Source: Carcharhinus longimanus
Taxonomy: Eukaryota
Direction of reading: 5' to 3'
NCBI GenBank assembly: GCA_030264375.1
Contig: JASCQW010000061.1
Location: 96,309,518 to 96,373,517, forward strand
DNA: 64,000 nucleotides
Under the pieces are notes generated by a model. The model saw only the letters and a program-made list of their open reading frames with translations, was not told where the DNA came from and did no database searches. The position numbers and the translations under genes are program-made. The stretch's first letter is position 1. Each line of letters opens with the position of its first letter. Below, piece after piece: positions 1 through 14,463 of the stretch.

Positions 1-2003
1 GGCTTCTGTTCACCTTTGGAAGGAAGACTCACCCATGAGGGCTGTCAGCCAATCAGATTGGCCAACTGCTTTCCAACCCAGCTAGGCATAGCGCTGCAGT
101 GGCCTGAAATGGTATTTCATGCTCTGTCTGGAACTGAGTCCCAAGACATTTCTCACTTCCCAGGGGTGGGAGGGTAGGGGATGACCTGGGATGATGTGAG
201 TGGAGTAGGGAGGCCCAGAGCTCCAAGGTCCTGGAGGTGCCCCTCCTTTCTCCCTGCACCCGCCCCGCCGCCCCCCACCCCCCACCTTCCCTAGCTCCCT
301 GCCAAGATGGAGAAATGTTTATTTCTCTGTTTCCCACCCTACTCACACCCGCTCCTCCAGCCTAAAAATTGAGGCTGGGCAGGAAAAGACCCTTAAGGAC
401 ATTAATAGGTTTCCCACCTCAGGTCCTGACCGCCCAATTATGAAATTGCATCTGGGTTGGGGCAGATGGGATTCTGGGTGGAATCCCACCCACGCAATCC
501 CTCCCATCCCCTCAGAACCCGCCCTGAGGAAAGCATAAAATTCCGCCCTTGATTATAAAGTGTGATTGGTGATAGTCATGAGACGTTTGCCCAAAGGCAA
601 ATTAAGAGATGTCAAAAGAAACACATTGTCAGGTAACACTTTAATATTTAACTATCATAGACTTCATTGTGCACACATTCCAACTTTCACAAAAACTCAA
701 CAGATCTTTGGTGCATTTGAACTTCAGTGTAGACTTCTAACAGGAAAGATGATAAACTCTGTGGAGACAGCCAATGGCAAAACAACCGAGAAAGGCAACA
801 AAACTAAGGCTTACTTTCCCAACTGCCAAGAAAACATCTTGTAGCTTTGCTGTCAGGAGGCACCAGAGACCACATTGGGAAGGATTTCTTTTCTGACTGC
901 ATGCAACTGGATTACATCATTAATCTATCGTCTTGACCACTTGCTCAATGCAGCTGCAGACAGTAACGGTGAAATGCAGGACTTGAACATTCATCCAAGC
1001 ATACTATGGCAGAGAATATTTACCGATTTACAGCGCTGCCCCAATACACAAACCAACTAAGAGGAACAATTTTTATACCTGCCATGTTGCGCCAACGTGT
1101 GCAAATCATTGCAACCATTTTTGGCAGGCAGAAGTAGCAGCATCCTTTGTCAAAAATTCACATATTTGAAAGGGGCGATTGAGAGAGCCAGGGTTTGTTA
1201 ATAATATGTACCTGACAAACTTTCTTCCTGCAGTAACCTTTCAAGTCAGTTCAACTATGACTGTATCCTAGCAACATGAAATGTCATAGTAAGTTTAATT
1301 GTAACCCTTAGTCCTGCAGACAATTCGTGTCTGGAGTGGTAGAGTGGAGGCTTAAAAGCTAAGCCACATTTCAAGAACAGGATTTAAATATTCTTGTTTC
1401 GTTTCACTAAATCGATAATTTAATTTGGGACAGCTACAGTCTCGTAGCCAACAATGATTGTTGCAAAACCATTTTTGCATAAGCCTTGTCGAGAAGTTTA
1501 AAGTCATAAGAGATAACACAGCCTATCCATTTACCAGAGGAATGCTCAGTNNNNNNNNNNATGGCAGTCATTCAACACTATCAAAACACAACCTTTCTCT
1601 TAATGGCCTAAATAGCAGACAACACAAGAGGAATGGGGGGATGTTAACAATAGGGAAGTCTGCCAAGAGTCGACAGCTCTGCTTAATCAAAATGTCCAAC
1701 TGGGGTTTTCACCAGACCCTACACGTGTCACTTCAGCTCTGCATTCTAGCTTAGTGGAAAGAGTGGTGGGTTTAAACCACTGATTTAAAACTTCAGAGTC
1801 TCCCTTCCACTCTCCTGTCAACTACAGATCTTAGTCTTTTTGTGAAAATTCAGACTATGTCTGTTCTGCAAATGGGCACAGTCAGATACTCAAGTCTGAT
1901 GGGGCAAAAACCAGCAGATTATTCTGGAATGTATGTACCTTTCCTTAAAAAGGGTCAAACATAAGACACCCACNNNNNNNNNNNNNNNNNNNNNNNNNNN
2001 NNN

Positions 2004-2513
2004 AGTAAGGATGCTTTTGCTATGGAGGGAGTGCAGCAAATGTTTACCAAACTTATTCCTGGGATGGCGGGACTGACTTATGAAGAGAGATTGAATCAGT
2101 TAGGATTATATTCGCTGCAAGTTTAGAAGAATAAGAGGGGAATCTGGGAAACCCATAAAATTCTACCAAGACAGGACAGGGTAGGTGCAGGCAGGATGTT
2201 CCCTGTGGCAGAACTAGAGGTCACAAACAAAGGATATAAGGTAAACCACATATGACTGAGATCAGGAGAAATTTCTCTACCCAGAGAGTGGTAAGCCTGT
2301 GGAATTCTCTACCACAGAAAACAGTTAAGACCAAATCATCATATGTTTTCAAGGAGTTAATTATGGTTCTTGAGGTTAAAGACATCAAAGGATATGGGGG
2401 AAAAGCAAGAACAGCTTACTGAGTTGAATGATCAGCTATGATCATAACAAATGGCGGAGCAGGCTCAAAGAGCCAAATGACCAACTCCTGCTCCTATTTC
2501 AATGTTCCTATGA
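2004..2513 (+). mobile_element. CR1 LINE 3' fragment
   Basis: Degenerate EGVQ..FTKLIPGMAGLTYEERL and RNFSTQRVV coding remnants. Tail ctcctgctcctattt..atgttcctatg. Confidence 0.85.
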
Positions 2514-3519
2514 AATATTTTTGTTTCTCTCTAAGCATGAGGTAAGTTTATGAATTATTCCTAATCAATGGATTTCCAATACTGGCTATTTCATTATGTG
2601 CATTTAAGGAAGTAGTTTTGGATTTTCTGGCAGAGAGTACTGGTGGCACTCTTTCAGCCCAGTAGGCCCAGCTAGAATCATGGTTTCTGTTCACCCACCA
2701 ACTTCTCCCTTCCTATCATCCTGAATGGGATCACATTTCCTGACCAGCTTAATTGGTTCCTTGTCAAATGTTAAACTAACAGAATAGTAATCAATCAGTC
2801 CTGCTTAAAAGGGAGAACTCCCGAACTCTACTTCAAGTTTACCCCCTCTCTATTTACGATGAACTTCTCAATCACAGCCATTGAATACCTGACAGCACTA
2901 ATGTATTGATAGCTTACATTTCGGTTCAAGATTAATGACTTTCCGTGTAGTTTATTCTGATTGGAGTGCAAATATTGAAAAACAACACACAAAGTTAAAA
3001 ACACTCTTAAATACAATGATTTCCTCTGAGCTTGTCCCATTCTGTTGAAACTTTGCGAAGTGCAGAGGAAATTCCATACATACATGCAGACCAGGGTCTC
3101 TGCATTTCTGACTTGGGCAGATCCAAGAGAATTCCCAGGTAATAGAATGTTGTGTTTCCATTTGAAGATTTGCTGCTGTGATGACCAAATGACCTCACCT
3201 GTCAATAGCAGACACACACTGACCAATTCCTCTTCAGCCAAGACAACTGAAAGAAAACGAGGCTATACATTGGCCAGGACACCGGGGTCAATTCCCCTGG
3301 TCTTCTTCAACATCCCATCAAGGGATTTTTTTTAGCCTGGACAAGAGGGCAGGAAGGGTCTCAGCTTAATAGCTCACCCTATCTGACCGGTCCCTCAGCT
3401 CTCTACTGGAGACATGACCAAGATTGTTTGTGGGTTCTAGAGTGGAACTTGAACTCACAACCTTCTGATTCAAATGACTGAGTTACAGGATCAACAAAGA
3501 CCATTCATTATAAAAATCA

Positions 3520-3762
<243 letters not shown>

Positions 3763-4534
3763 CTAAAGGTAATAACCACCTGGCAACAACTAGACTCAAG
3801 GGCATAGAATGGCCATCATGAACTGGAGACTGGCTAGCTCTCCAAGCAGTGTACAAGAAAAGCCATGAGATTGTTGTAAAAACATGACTGGTGCCATAAT
3901 GTTCATCAGGGAAGGGAACCTGTCATTGCTATCTGATCCAGTACTACACATGACACAAGTCTCATAATATATACTATCTTAATGCCCTCTCAAATGGCCC
4001 AAACACCTTTCCAGAGCAACTAATGATGTTTTAGGACACTTAATTTTAAAGTAGAATGTCCACAATGATAGCCCATGTCATTTACCAAGTTATAAGGAAA
4101 GTTGGAAAGTATAATTTGTATTTAAAATAATTGAATGGATGAGCATGGATGAAGATCCTAAAGCTCAAGTTTAATAATGACAGGTACTCTTTTGTTCTGA
4201 GTATTGCAGATTAGATGGCAACATCCCAGTTNNNNNNNNNNCTGAAACAGCAAATTATGTTACTTTTCACTGCACTTTACCTACACCATCATCCGATACC
4301 ATATTTCAACAGTAGCAGTATTTAGCTATGCAAACCACAGAACTGCAAAAGCTGCAGATCAATATTCAGACAAAAAGGGTTCTGTATGTATTACAAGATT
4401 GCAAGATAAATACAAAGGAGGAAGGTTATTTTCAAGGAACAAGTTAAGTTGCCAACCTCCAATCAAGTTTCTTAAATGACTCCAGGGCATTGGCCCCCAC
4501 TCCTCTATCCGGAAGTCCATTCAATATATGAGAA

Positions 4535-5345
4535 ACATAGCACCCGCAGTAGCCTATTTAGCTCTTTGAGCCTATTCCACAATTCAGTGAGATCATTGCT
4601 GATTTGCGACCTAACTCCAAACACCCAACTTTGCCCATTACCCCTCAATAACTTTAGTTAACCAAAATCTATCAATCTCAGGTTTGAAATGAACAACTGA
4701 CCAATTGCTGTTTGCGGAAGAGAATTCCAAACCTCTCCCAGCCTGTGTGTGTGGATGTTTCCAAATTTAATTCCTGAAAGGTCTAGCTCTCATTTTTAGA
4801 CCACACTTCCTAGTCCCAGACTCCCTGGCAGCAAATGTAGATTTTCCCTATTGACTCTGCATCCTTCAATAATCTTACAGCAAGTCAGATCTGAACCTTC
4901 TAACTTCCAGGGAGTATGGCCCTGGTTTGTGTAATCTCTCCTTGTAAGTTGGAGCTGGAGTCCGAGTGTTGTGTTGCTAAATCTACACTTTACTCCTTCC
5001 AAAGTCAAAATATCCTTCCTAAGATGTACTGCCCAGAATTGCTCCCAGTTCAATCAGGGATTTATATAGCTCAAGGATGATTTCTGCCCTCTTGCAAGCT
5101 AGTCTTCGAGATAAAAGACTGGCATTCTATTCACATTTCTGAATATTAATTCAGCCTGTCCATGGTATCTTCATGATTTATGTACATGGACACCTATGTA
5201 TTCAGACCTCCGATTTTTCTAGCTTTTCACCATTTAGAAATTATTCTATCTATTTTAGTCCAAGGTGGGCAATCTCAATTTGCCAACATTAAAATCCATA
5301 CGCCATAGTTTTTTCCAATTCACTTAAACTGTCATTATCGTTTCA
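4535..5345 (-). mobile_element. Degenerate CR1 LINE 3' fragment
   Basis: QFWAVHLRKDILTLEGVKCRF remnant and CR1 tail. Confidence 0.75.
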
Positions 5346-5696
5346 TATCTTGATAGTCAGGCCACATGACTATCAACCAAGGTTGCTGGATAGTACATCA
5401 ACAACAATGACTCAGGCCAGTTTGTCTGCCCCAGAGCACAGGCTCCCTAAATTCATCCTTGATGGCCGTACCACTGACCTGGATAAAATCAAGTCAGGAC
5501 AAAGCAGAGATCATATACAAGGCCTTGCTGGTTATGCATTACTCCATTACTTACTGGGATAAACTCACTGAGCAAATGTACTGAGACGTCAAGGAAACGA
5601 TTCTCCAGCACCACCACCACACTTCCCACTCTGGCACGCTTTCTGCCAGTGGGATCTTCCAGCCCCGCTGAAGTCGATGGTGATTTACAAAACATA

Positions 5697-6125
5697 CAAA
5701 AAGGAACAGAAGTAGACCATTTGTCCCCTTAAGCCTGCTTCACCATTCAATAAGATCATGGCTGATCTGTTTGTGTCGAGTTCCACATTCCCCATCTATC
5801 CCTGAGATCTTTGATTCCCTTGCCTTCTTTTACCTTAAATATATTCAACAACCCCACTTACCCCGCCTTCTGAGGTAGACTTCCAAAGTCACACAACCCT
5901 CAGACAAAAAAATTCTCCTCTTCTCTGTCCTATCAGGGTGACACCCAATATCAAATCAGTGCCCCCTAGTACTGGACTCACCCACAAAGAGAAAACATCC
6001 TTTCAATGCCCACCATTCAGAATCTTATAGCCTTCAAACAATTCACCTCTCATCCCCCGAAATTCCAGTGGAAACAGACCCAGTCTTTCCAAACTTCTCT
6101 CAAGGCAACCTGCTCATTCCAGGTA
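5697..6125 (-). mobile_element. CR1 LINE 3' fragment
   Basis: CR1 tail (ccattcaataagatcatggctgatc) plus the adjacent body. Confidence 0.75.
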
Positions 6126-6443
6126 TCATGGAATTCTACAGTACAGAAGGAGGCCATTTGGCCCATCGAGTCTGCACTGGCCAGAATGCCACCCAGGTTC
6201 TATCCCCATAACTACATGCATTTACCCTGGCTAATCCCCTGAAAATAAGGGGCAGTTTAGCATGGCCAATCCACATAACCCACGCATCTTTGGATTGTGG
6301 GAGGAAACCAGAGCACTTGGAGGAAACCCACACAGACATGGGGAGAATGTGCAAACCCCACACAGACAGTGACCCAAGCCGGGAATTGAACCCGGGTCCC
6401 TGGCGCTGAGAGACAATAGCGCTAATCACTGTGTCACCGTGTC
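6126..6443 (-). mobile_element. HE1-type V-SINE, full length
   Basis: tRNA-like head, ctgtctgtgtgg..tttgcacattctcccc core and CR1-like tail ggcctccttctgtactgtag. Confidence 0.88.
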
Positions 6444-6499
6444 CCCCATAACTGTGCTCTCTTGGTTGTGAAGTTGTGACTCTTGTCGTTGACAGACGT

Positions 6500-6995
6500 C
6501 AGAATCCCTGCAGTGTAGAAGGAGGCTGTTTGGCCCATTCAATCTGCAACGACAAAAATCCCACCTTGGCCCTAACCCCCAACCCCACATATTTACCCTG
6601 CGAATCCTTTAAACTCACACATCCCGGGACACTAAGGGGCAATTTAGCATGGCCAGTGCACCTAACCCGCACACCTTTGGACTGTGGGGGGAAACTGAAG
6701 CACCTGGAGTAAACCCACGCTGACATGGGGAAAATGTGCAAACTCCACACAGACAGTGGCCCAAGCCAGGAATCGAACACAGGTCCCTGGCACTGTGCTN
6801 NNNNNNNNNNNNNNNNNNNNNNNNNNNNNNNNNNNNNNNNNNNNNNNNNNNNNNNNNNNNNNNNNNNNNNNNNNNNNNNNNNNNNNNNNNNNNNNNNNNA
6901 AAATGTGCAAACTCCACACAGACAGTGGCCCAAGCCAGGAATCGAACCTGGGTCCCTGGAGCTGTGAACGATCAATGCTAACCACTGTCCCACCT
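6500..6995 (-). mobile_element. HE1-type SINE spanning a gap
   Basis: Same SINE consensus. The core is repeated on both sides of the Ns. Confidence 0.8.
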
Positions 6996-9900
6996 GTAAC
7001 AATCTAATAAACTTCCTCTGACCCACTTCCAAGGTATTTGCATCCTTCCTTGACCATGCTGTTGTCAGGGATTGTATTCCCAGATATGCTGAATTGCTTC
7101 ACAGCGAATACGTAGCGTTTTTGAAGTCTAGTCGCTTGTTATGTAGGAAAATGCAATAGTCAATTTATGCACAACAAGATTCCACCAACAGCAAAAAGAT
7201 CATGACCACTGGGTTCCAAGGTAACTGCCAACAATGCTGTGAAATCTCGCTCCCCTGCTTTGTTTCAAATAATGCCATTAGAGGCTTTTCTTTAAGCAGC
7301 CACACGAGTAGTTTAATTTCCCATCAAAAAATAAACAATGTTCCACCACTGCATTGATTTATTAGCCAAGTTTAAGTGCTGGAATGAATTTTATGTCCCA
7401 CACCTTCTCATTCATAAATGGATGTGCTAACATTGAGCCAAGTTTGCACTGCAGAACGTGATGCTGCTCAGAAAAGCATACCTTTTATTCCTTACATGTT
7501 GATCTGCTGTAGAAACCAAATTTGCAAGAGTTTAACATTTTTACAGAGAATGGCCATATCACAGAGCTTCAAGGCTCTTCCTGGAATCACAGAAAGTTGC
7601 AACATGGAAGGTGGCCTTCCGACCATTGTGTCTATGCCAACTGACAAGTAGTCATCCGGCCTAATCCCACTTCCCAACCTTTTGTCATCTGTTTAAAAAA
7701 GTGAAAGTCCAACAGAGTGAGGCCTCAGCCCAGAGTTGTACAATTTGTATTGCAATTCCATTTAAAGACACCCTGGACACTGACTAGATGACATAGAATC
7801 TAAAAGGTAGGACCATCATATTTACCGACACAAGTTGCTCTGCTCATCCCACCCAATAATTTGACATGCTGATAGCAATAGCCAGCTTAATATACGTAGA
7901 GCCACAAAATCTAAGTCAATGATTAAGAAACCCTGCTTAAGCATTGCATTTAATATTATTAAATACCAAGGAGCCAGGGATAAACATCGCTTCATAAAAG
8001 CATGAAGTCAGAACCTTAAAACAAAACATAAAACAGAAACCTCCACCCCAGTGGCCCATATCAAATGAGCTGTGGCTGAATGAGCCCATGATCAAACAAA
8101 GCAGCCTGCTCCTGGCTGACAGTATGTTAACTGATTGTATCAGGAAAGGTCCCGTTAACCTTGAACAAAGCCAAGCAAATCTAGTTAACAATTCCCGAGG
8201 ACCACAACTTCCTGAATACATTTGCTTTGATGCTTGATCAGTGCAAGGTAAACACGATCAAGTATATGACTATCAGAAGCACTGTTTGCACTACTGTGGA
8301 AAGCAGATTGCCCACCTCAACCTGCTCCAGGATACAACCCCCATTTCTACTCTGCAACGTCCTGCTATATTTTTTCCCAGCAGGGTTTTCTGCTCAGGGG
8401 CTGAAATGTGTGGTCACAAATATCTCCACAGCCTTTTCTGGTTAGCCTGTAGATGATGCATGTAGAATTCTCGCCACCTCTAGGCTACAGTACTTCATAC
8501 TGACACGCATTTCAGGTCAGGTTATCCACAAACTAAGGTGTCAGTTTATTAAAAGTCAGCATGTACCCAGTCAGTGATACACTCTGTACCCAGTAGCTAA
8601 AACTCAGCACTGATTTTCCTGAAAGCTCAGTTGAATAAGGATATGTGTATTGGAGTCATGGAGACCAGGATGGTTGTGCTTTCACCTCTGGCCTGTGGTA
8701 AATAAGTTGAACTCAGCGAGGGCGTCAATAGGGCTCCCTAAATTGCCTTCACATCCTTTGGTTATGGAGGAGAAATTAAAAGGGCACAGTTCACTGCTTC
8801 AACTTCCTACCAAGCAGTCCATGCCAGAAGAATCCACAAATGGCCTCCTGGGGGATGCCTGACACCATAAGCCAGAGCCCAGCAAGGCACCAACATCTTC
8901 AGAAGAGATGGAGGAAAGACAGGGAATAGAAACAGGAGTAAAACCTGGCGAGGCTGAGATTCCCTTCAAGGTTCAGTTGGAAAGTGAAGTATCCAACATG
9001 CAACTGAACAGAGAACCCCCACAGTCAATCCAGGCTCAGGTTGTGTTAAACCTCAGCAATGGTACAAATGCTACGAGCAGCCTCAGCATAAAGGGGGTAA
9101 GAGTGCAAGTATAATGTAAACTGTCAGGGATGCAAAAGATAGACTAAGAAATAAATATAGCTGTTGGAATGAAATAAAGCTAATAAGTCCTTTGTATAAT
9201 TTCAGCAATAAGATAGCAGATGGAAGAGCTGGGAGCCACAAAGGTACAAACAGGCTTGTCACACTGATCGAATGCTTAGTCAAAGATTTGGTTTAAAGGA
9301 GGGCACTGAAGTAGGAAAGGGAAGTATAGAGGCCAAAGTGTTTGGGGTGGAAATCTCAGAACATCCGGTCTAATGGCAGGAGACACATTTGCCAATGGTG
9401 GGACATAGGGGAGGATATACAGGAAGCCCAGAATCTCTGAGACTTCTGGACGACATGATTGTAGAATTGAAGAATATTACAGAGAAAGAGAAGGGCAAAG
9501 CCTCAGAGAGATATAAATATGAAAATGACCATTTTAAAGTGGAGGTCAGATGGGCGAGTAATGACTTACTTCCTCCAAGTATCCATAAAGAAAGGCATGA
9601 ACAACATTCCCTTCATAAACACAGATAGCCCACACAAAATTAGTCATCAATATAGTTGAGACAGAAATCCTGGGCAGCAAACATGGTTCAAAACAGAAAA
9701 ATCTTCAGGCATAAGTGACAATGTCATGTAAAATAACACAAAATTAATGGCAAATACTGTGCAAGAATGAGAAGCGGCTAAATGTCGGAGGAACTGCACT
9801 AGACTGGGAGGCCCCAGGGAGCACTATTTGGAATTTACATCAATGATTTGGAGTTAGAAGCTCAATGCAAACTGGTCAAATTTGGAGATAATACCAAATT

Positions 9901-11814
9901 GGTGGAGGATTCAGAAATCACAAAATATCCAAGTTGCAAAGCAATGGAAAGTCAGACTTAATTTTAGACAACTGTAAAGAATTGCACAGAGGAGAAAAGA
10001 AATAACAATTACTTTGTGAATGGTATTAAAGAGTCAGGCAAGGACCTTGCTGGACTCAATTCTCAACCAGTACAAGAAATCAATCAGTAATGTATGCCAA
10101 ACTGTACAGCCAAACAGTAAAACACAAGTTGACATTGGCCTGATACTGGCTCCCAAGAAAGTAATTGCAGACTGCCTGGATTAAAAAGTACCCCCACTCA
10201 TGGGACTTTTGCTCCATGAGGGCAGGAGTGGCTGCGGGATGGAAGCGGATCTGCCAAACCCAGAAGTACATCAGTTCTCTGGAACTTCAGCTCAGTTATT
10301 TAGACCGTCTGTCCCTTATCCATCACACTCCCTACTCACCTCCAAACACCCCTCATACACTCCATGCCATCTCCATTGCCACTCATCCAATATCCACCAT
10401 AGGCAGACCTCAGGAGACATGTGGAGATGAAAAAATAAGCTTTTAATAATCTAATACAACTCTCACTCCTATGAGCTTGATAGTGAGAAAAGCCCCTTCT
10501 TATAAAACCCAAAGTTTCAAAATCTGAACTGGTTGATCATTTATAAAAACAAACTTCTTACATATCCCATACAAAAGACAGTTAATTCTTCAACAAACTC
10601 TTAACTGTCAGTCAAACTGTGAATTCAGAACCACCGCTGAGGCAATTTCAGTTTTTGAAACTAGGCCAAGCATTCGTAATGACATAATGATAGACCTTAG
10701 GAAAATGTCAACAAGGAGCTCCACTGAAACATCACAAACTGGTGCTAATGTTTTTTTTTCTAACCTATACCTGTCAATCAAAGCAGTCCAGCACAGGTGT
10801 CTTATTAAGTTGATGGACAGCTGCATCTTCTCCTTTCCTTCTCCCCAGGTTTTAACAGAGAGCTATGGAGGCCAAGTCATTGAGTGTCTTTAAGACCGAG
10901 ATAGATAGGTTCTTGATCAATAAAGGGATCAAGGGTTATGAGGAGAAGGCAGGAGAATGGGAATGAGAATCAAAACAGCCACGATTGAATGGCAGAGCAG
11001 ACTCGATGGGCCAAATGGCCTAATTATGCTCCTATATCTTATGTACTCTGTGAATGGTATGCTTTGGCTGTACAGTGCATAAGAAGCTATACTTTTCACT
11101 GTATACCAATACACGCAACAATAATATGCAGCTTGTTTTTTTATTACATCATTAAAGAGTGGAGCATTTAAAAATCCTCAGGTTATGAGTTATACAGATT
11201 TTACCTATCCTGCAAGAGTACTTACATACATCTACCTCATCAATTCATGACTCCCACACTTAGTCAAGGCTCTTGAAACAGTTAAGATGGCCCTTGAACT
11301 TAGTACTGAATTCAAATGGCTTGCTCAGTTCCAGTTTCCCTCCTCAGTGAATCACGTCCTGCCCCTTTTCCCCAAATTGAAAATTTGGATTTTCCCGGAA
11401 AGAGAAACTTCTGCACCTGGGTGCAGCCCACCAGTTTTTTTTTAAAGACCTGTGAAGTCTTCCCAACTGTGGAAATCTGGCCCTGATGTCTCATCAAACT
11501 ACAATTGTGGCCAGTCCTTGTTACTGAGACGTGATGGGCACACCCAAGCATCAAAGACCAAAGAAAAGCCCCAGAGGCCTGGTTTATAGGACAGGGTCTA
11601 AAGAAACCTGGGTGTTTCATCCTGGAAAACAAGCCTTCAAGAGGTACTCTTACAGCGGTAAATAGATACTTCATGGAATGGAAAAGCTGAGTCCAGAAAG
11701 TGACTTTAAATCACTTGGGAGAGTGGGTCAAAGGGATATGTTCAAAATGGAAGTAGGCAAATTTAAGACTGACATCAATAAGAATGATTAATACATGGAA
11801 TGGATATCCAAATG

Positions 11815-12122
11815 GAATCATAGAATCCCTACAGTGCAGAAGGAGGCCATTCAGACTAACGAGCCTGTTCTGACAACAATCTCACCTGGGCCCTATCCCC
11901 ATAATCCCACATATCTTTCACGCTAATCTCCCTGTTACTAATTTATCATGGCCAATCCACCTAACCCACACATCCTTGGACTGTGGGAGAAAACCAGAGC
12001 ATGTGGAGGAAACCCACGTAGACATGGGGAGAATATGCAAACTCCACACAGTCACCTAAGGCTGGAATTGAACACAGGTCCCTGGCGCTGTGAGGCAGTA
12101 GTGCTAACCACTGTGCCACCCA
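11815..12122 (-). mobile_element. HE1-type SINE
   Basis: Head, core and tail match the other copies. Confidence 0.85.
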
Positions 12123-13688
12123 CATGGTGGCGTGGTGGAATTGAATAAGAAAGAATTGGATAGTACAATGTGAAAGAATTTGGATGAATTCAGATGTGCT
12201 GAATGGCCTTTCTGCTCTGTAATGAACTTGCGATCAATGTATAAGTGAGTCATAGTTTCCAGAGTGGCACAAGGTACAATTTAACTTCTGCTGTCATTCT
12301 TGGTTCAGTAGAGGCATTTTCAACTCAACAGGGTCATGAATTCAAGCACTACAGCACATCAGGCTCACATTTCAGCAGAGTAACATCTTTCAAATGGAAC
12401 TTTAAACATCACCCTCAAGTGGATATTAAAGATGCTGTAGCATTTTGAAGAAGAATAGGCAAGTATTCCAGCACAATTTTTATCCTTCAAAAACATCACT
12501 AACCCAAATTATCTGGCCATTTGCCTGATCTCACTGCATGTAAGTTGTTTGCTGTGTTCTCTAATATTACATCAGTGATTGCACTGGGCAATACATTGGG
12601 TGTGAAATGCTTTGAGAATTTCGGGGCTTGGGAAAGGTGCTATATTTCATGTTATTTCATGTATTTCTCATGCTGCCCCTTAATATTATCTGAAAACACA
12701 ATGGGTGGAATCTTCTTCACAACTGCCTGAGGCAGAACTGACTGTGAGAAATCTTGGTGTTGTAACTGTCTCCAAGGTAACCATCTCACCAACGCCAAGA
12801 CTGCTAGCTTCCACCCCTGTAACATTACCCAACTAACCTCAAATCCCAGTTAAAGTGCTGCTGAAACCCTCATGTTATCTCTAGGCTTGACTGCTACAAC
12901 ACACAACTGGCCAGTCACCCATCTACCACCTGTTTCCCTTAACTTAACATAATTGACATCACCAAACCATAACAACGTCATTGAAAGGACATTGGCATCA
13001 TGCCCATTGGCCTAATTTTTCAGGTAGTGGCCAATTTATAGTTCCACTCTGCATTCCCCATCAAAATAGTTACGGTGGGTGGCATAATGTTATGGGAGAG
13101 TCTATCGGAGAGGCTGAAGGGAGGGCTGACCATCCACTCCATTTAGAGAGGGGAGTGCTGCTCAGACAGAGTGAGAGGGCACCACAAGATGGAGGCACTC
13201 ACCTAATGATGGATACAGTATCCTTTAAGTATTGGGAAATAACATCTTGGAGGTTAGTCTGTAATGGCATGATCTTCAAATGACTGCATTTTCCTGCACA
13301 GGTGCTGCATAAAATCTTCTTTAAACAGGAACATCCAAACTCAAATTATGGTCTCAGACCTCCTGCTTTGTTCTAATGAGGAGGAGAGTTGCAAACATGG
13401 TAGGGGTAGAATTCACCTCCAGCAAATTGCCATTGTGCTATGAAAATGCTGGTTACATGCTATCTCATTGGCTTTCACTGGCATTCCACTGCTGCCAGGC
13501 CTGTCCAACGTCTTTGATTGGCTTAATAAACCAGTACCTGCGACACCAAACCCAACCTTGGGAAAAGTGGCCAGAGACAGGAACACATCGGGGAGCCAGT
13601 CTGATGCTTCTATTTCAGAATCTCCGGGCCCCCTTCTGATTCCATGAGAAAATTCCTGCCTTTGTTTCCTGTAACCCTACAGCAGATC

Positions 13689-13823
13689 TGTAATGACTTC
13701 AATCAGACCAACAGATTAGCCTATTGGAATATGAACTCCCTGACTGGCCCATCAATTGGATCCTTAATCAGAGAGTTCATACTGCAATAGGCCAACTTCA
13801 ATGGCCTGACTGAAGTCATTACA
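13689..13823. mobile_element. 135-bp palindromic element (TGTAATG...CATTACA)
   Basis: About 55-bp imperfect inverted arms. Flanks agatc / agttc. Homologous to the element starting at 63884. Confidence 0.7.
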
Positions 13824-14299
13824 AGTTCACGCCTTCAAACTGTGGAAACTGGTAAAGAAACAAAGCTAACGCCGTAACGTTTAATTGATAACAATGATAC
13901 ATTTAAAGGATAGCCAAGGCTTGTAAGCGTTCCATAATTCCATATCCTTGGAATTAACTGTGAGATTTATGTACAGCCACAGAATTGCTATCCTAACGTG
14001 TACCTTGTTCGAAGAATGTCTTCTCTTAGGGTTAGGGATTCTCACTATACGAAATTGAGCAATTGGCTTAGCATGATTGCCTGGTATTAGACACGAAAGC
14101 ATGATATCTCACCATACTGAGTTCCTGCCCGAGTCCAAGACTACAGACATCTTCTTCGTAAGCGGCAGACATAGATGCACCTCATAAAAAAGAATTTGGA
14201 AATATCCGAAAATGATAGGGGGACCCCATGGAAAATTTCAGGCACAGTAAGAAGTCTGACAACACCAGGTTCAAGTCCAACCGATTTATCTGGTAGTAA

Positions 14300-14339
14300 A
14301 CTCACAAGCTTTCGAGGTTTACCTCTTCGTCAGGTGAAT
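14300..14339 (-). ncRNA. Minimal type I hammerhead ribozyme motif (Penelope type)
   Basis: Minus strand reads AUUCAC-CUGACGA-A-GAGG(UAAA)CCUC-GAAA-GC-UU-GUGAGU: stem I, core boxes, stem II and a self-complementary AGCU stem III. Activity is untested. Confidence 0.65.
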
Positions 14340-14463
14340 GAATGAATGAGTCATTCACCTGACAAAGAGGTAAACCTCGAAAGCTTGTGAATTTACTACC
14401 AAATAAATCGGTTGGACTTAAACCTGGTGTTGTCAGACTTCTTACTGTGTTTACCCCAGTCCA

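Noticed and set aside
3178-3222. Box C/D snoRNA-like GTGATGA...CTGA
   Set aside because: Too short, antisense to the host gene, and no terminal stem.
6730-6960. Tandem SINE duplication
   Set aside because: Near-identical sequence on both sides of an N-gap, most likely contig overlap.
8650-9115. Short ORFs, or a possible ancient SINE
   Set aside because: No recognisable protein and no second copy in the window, so it cannot be supported.
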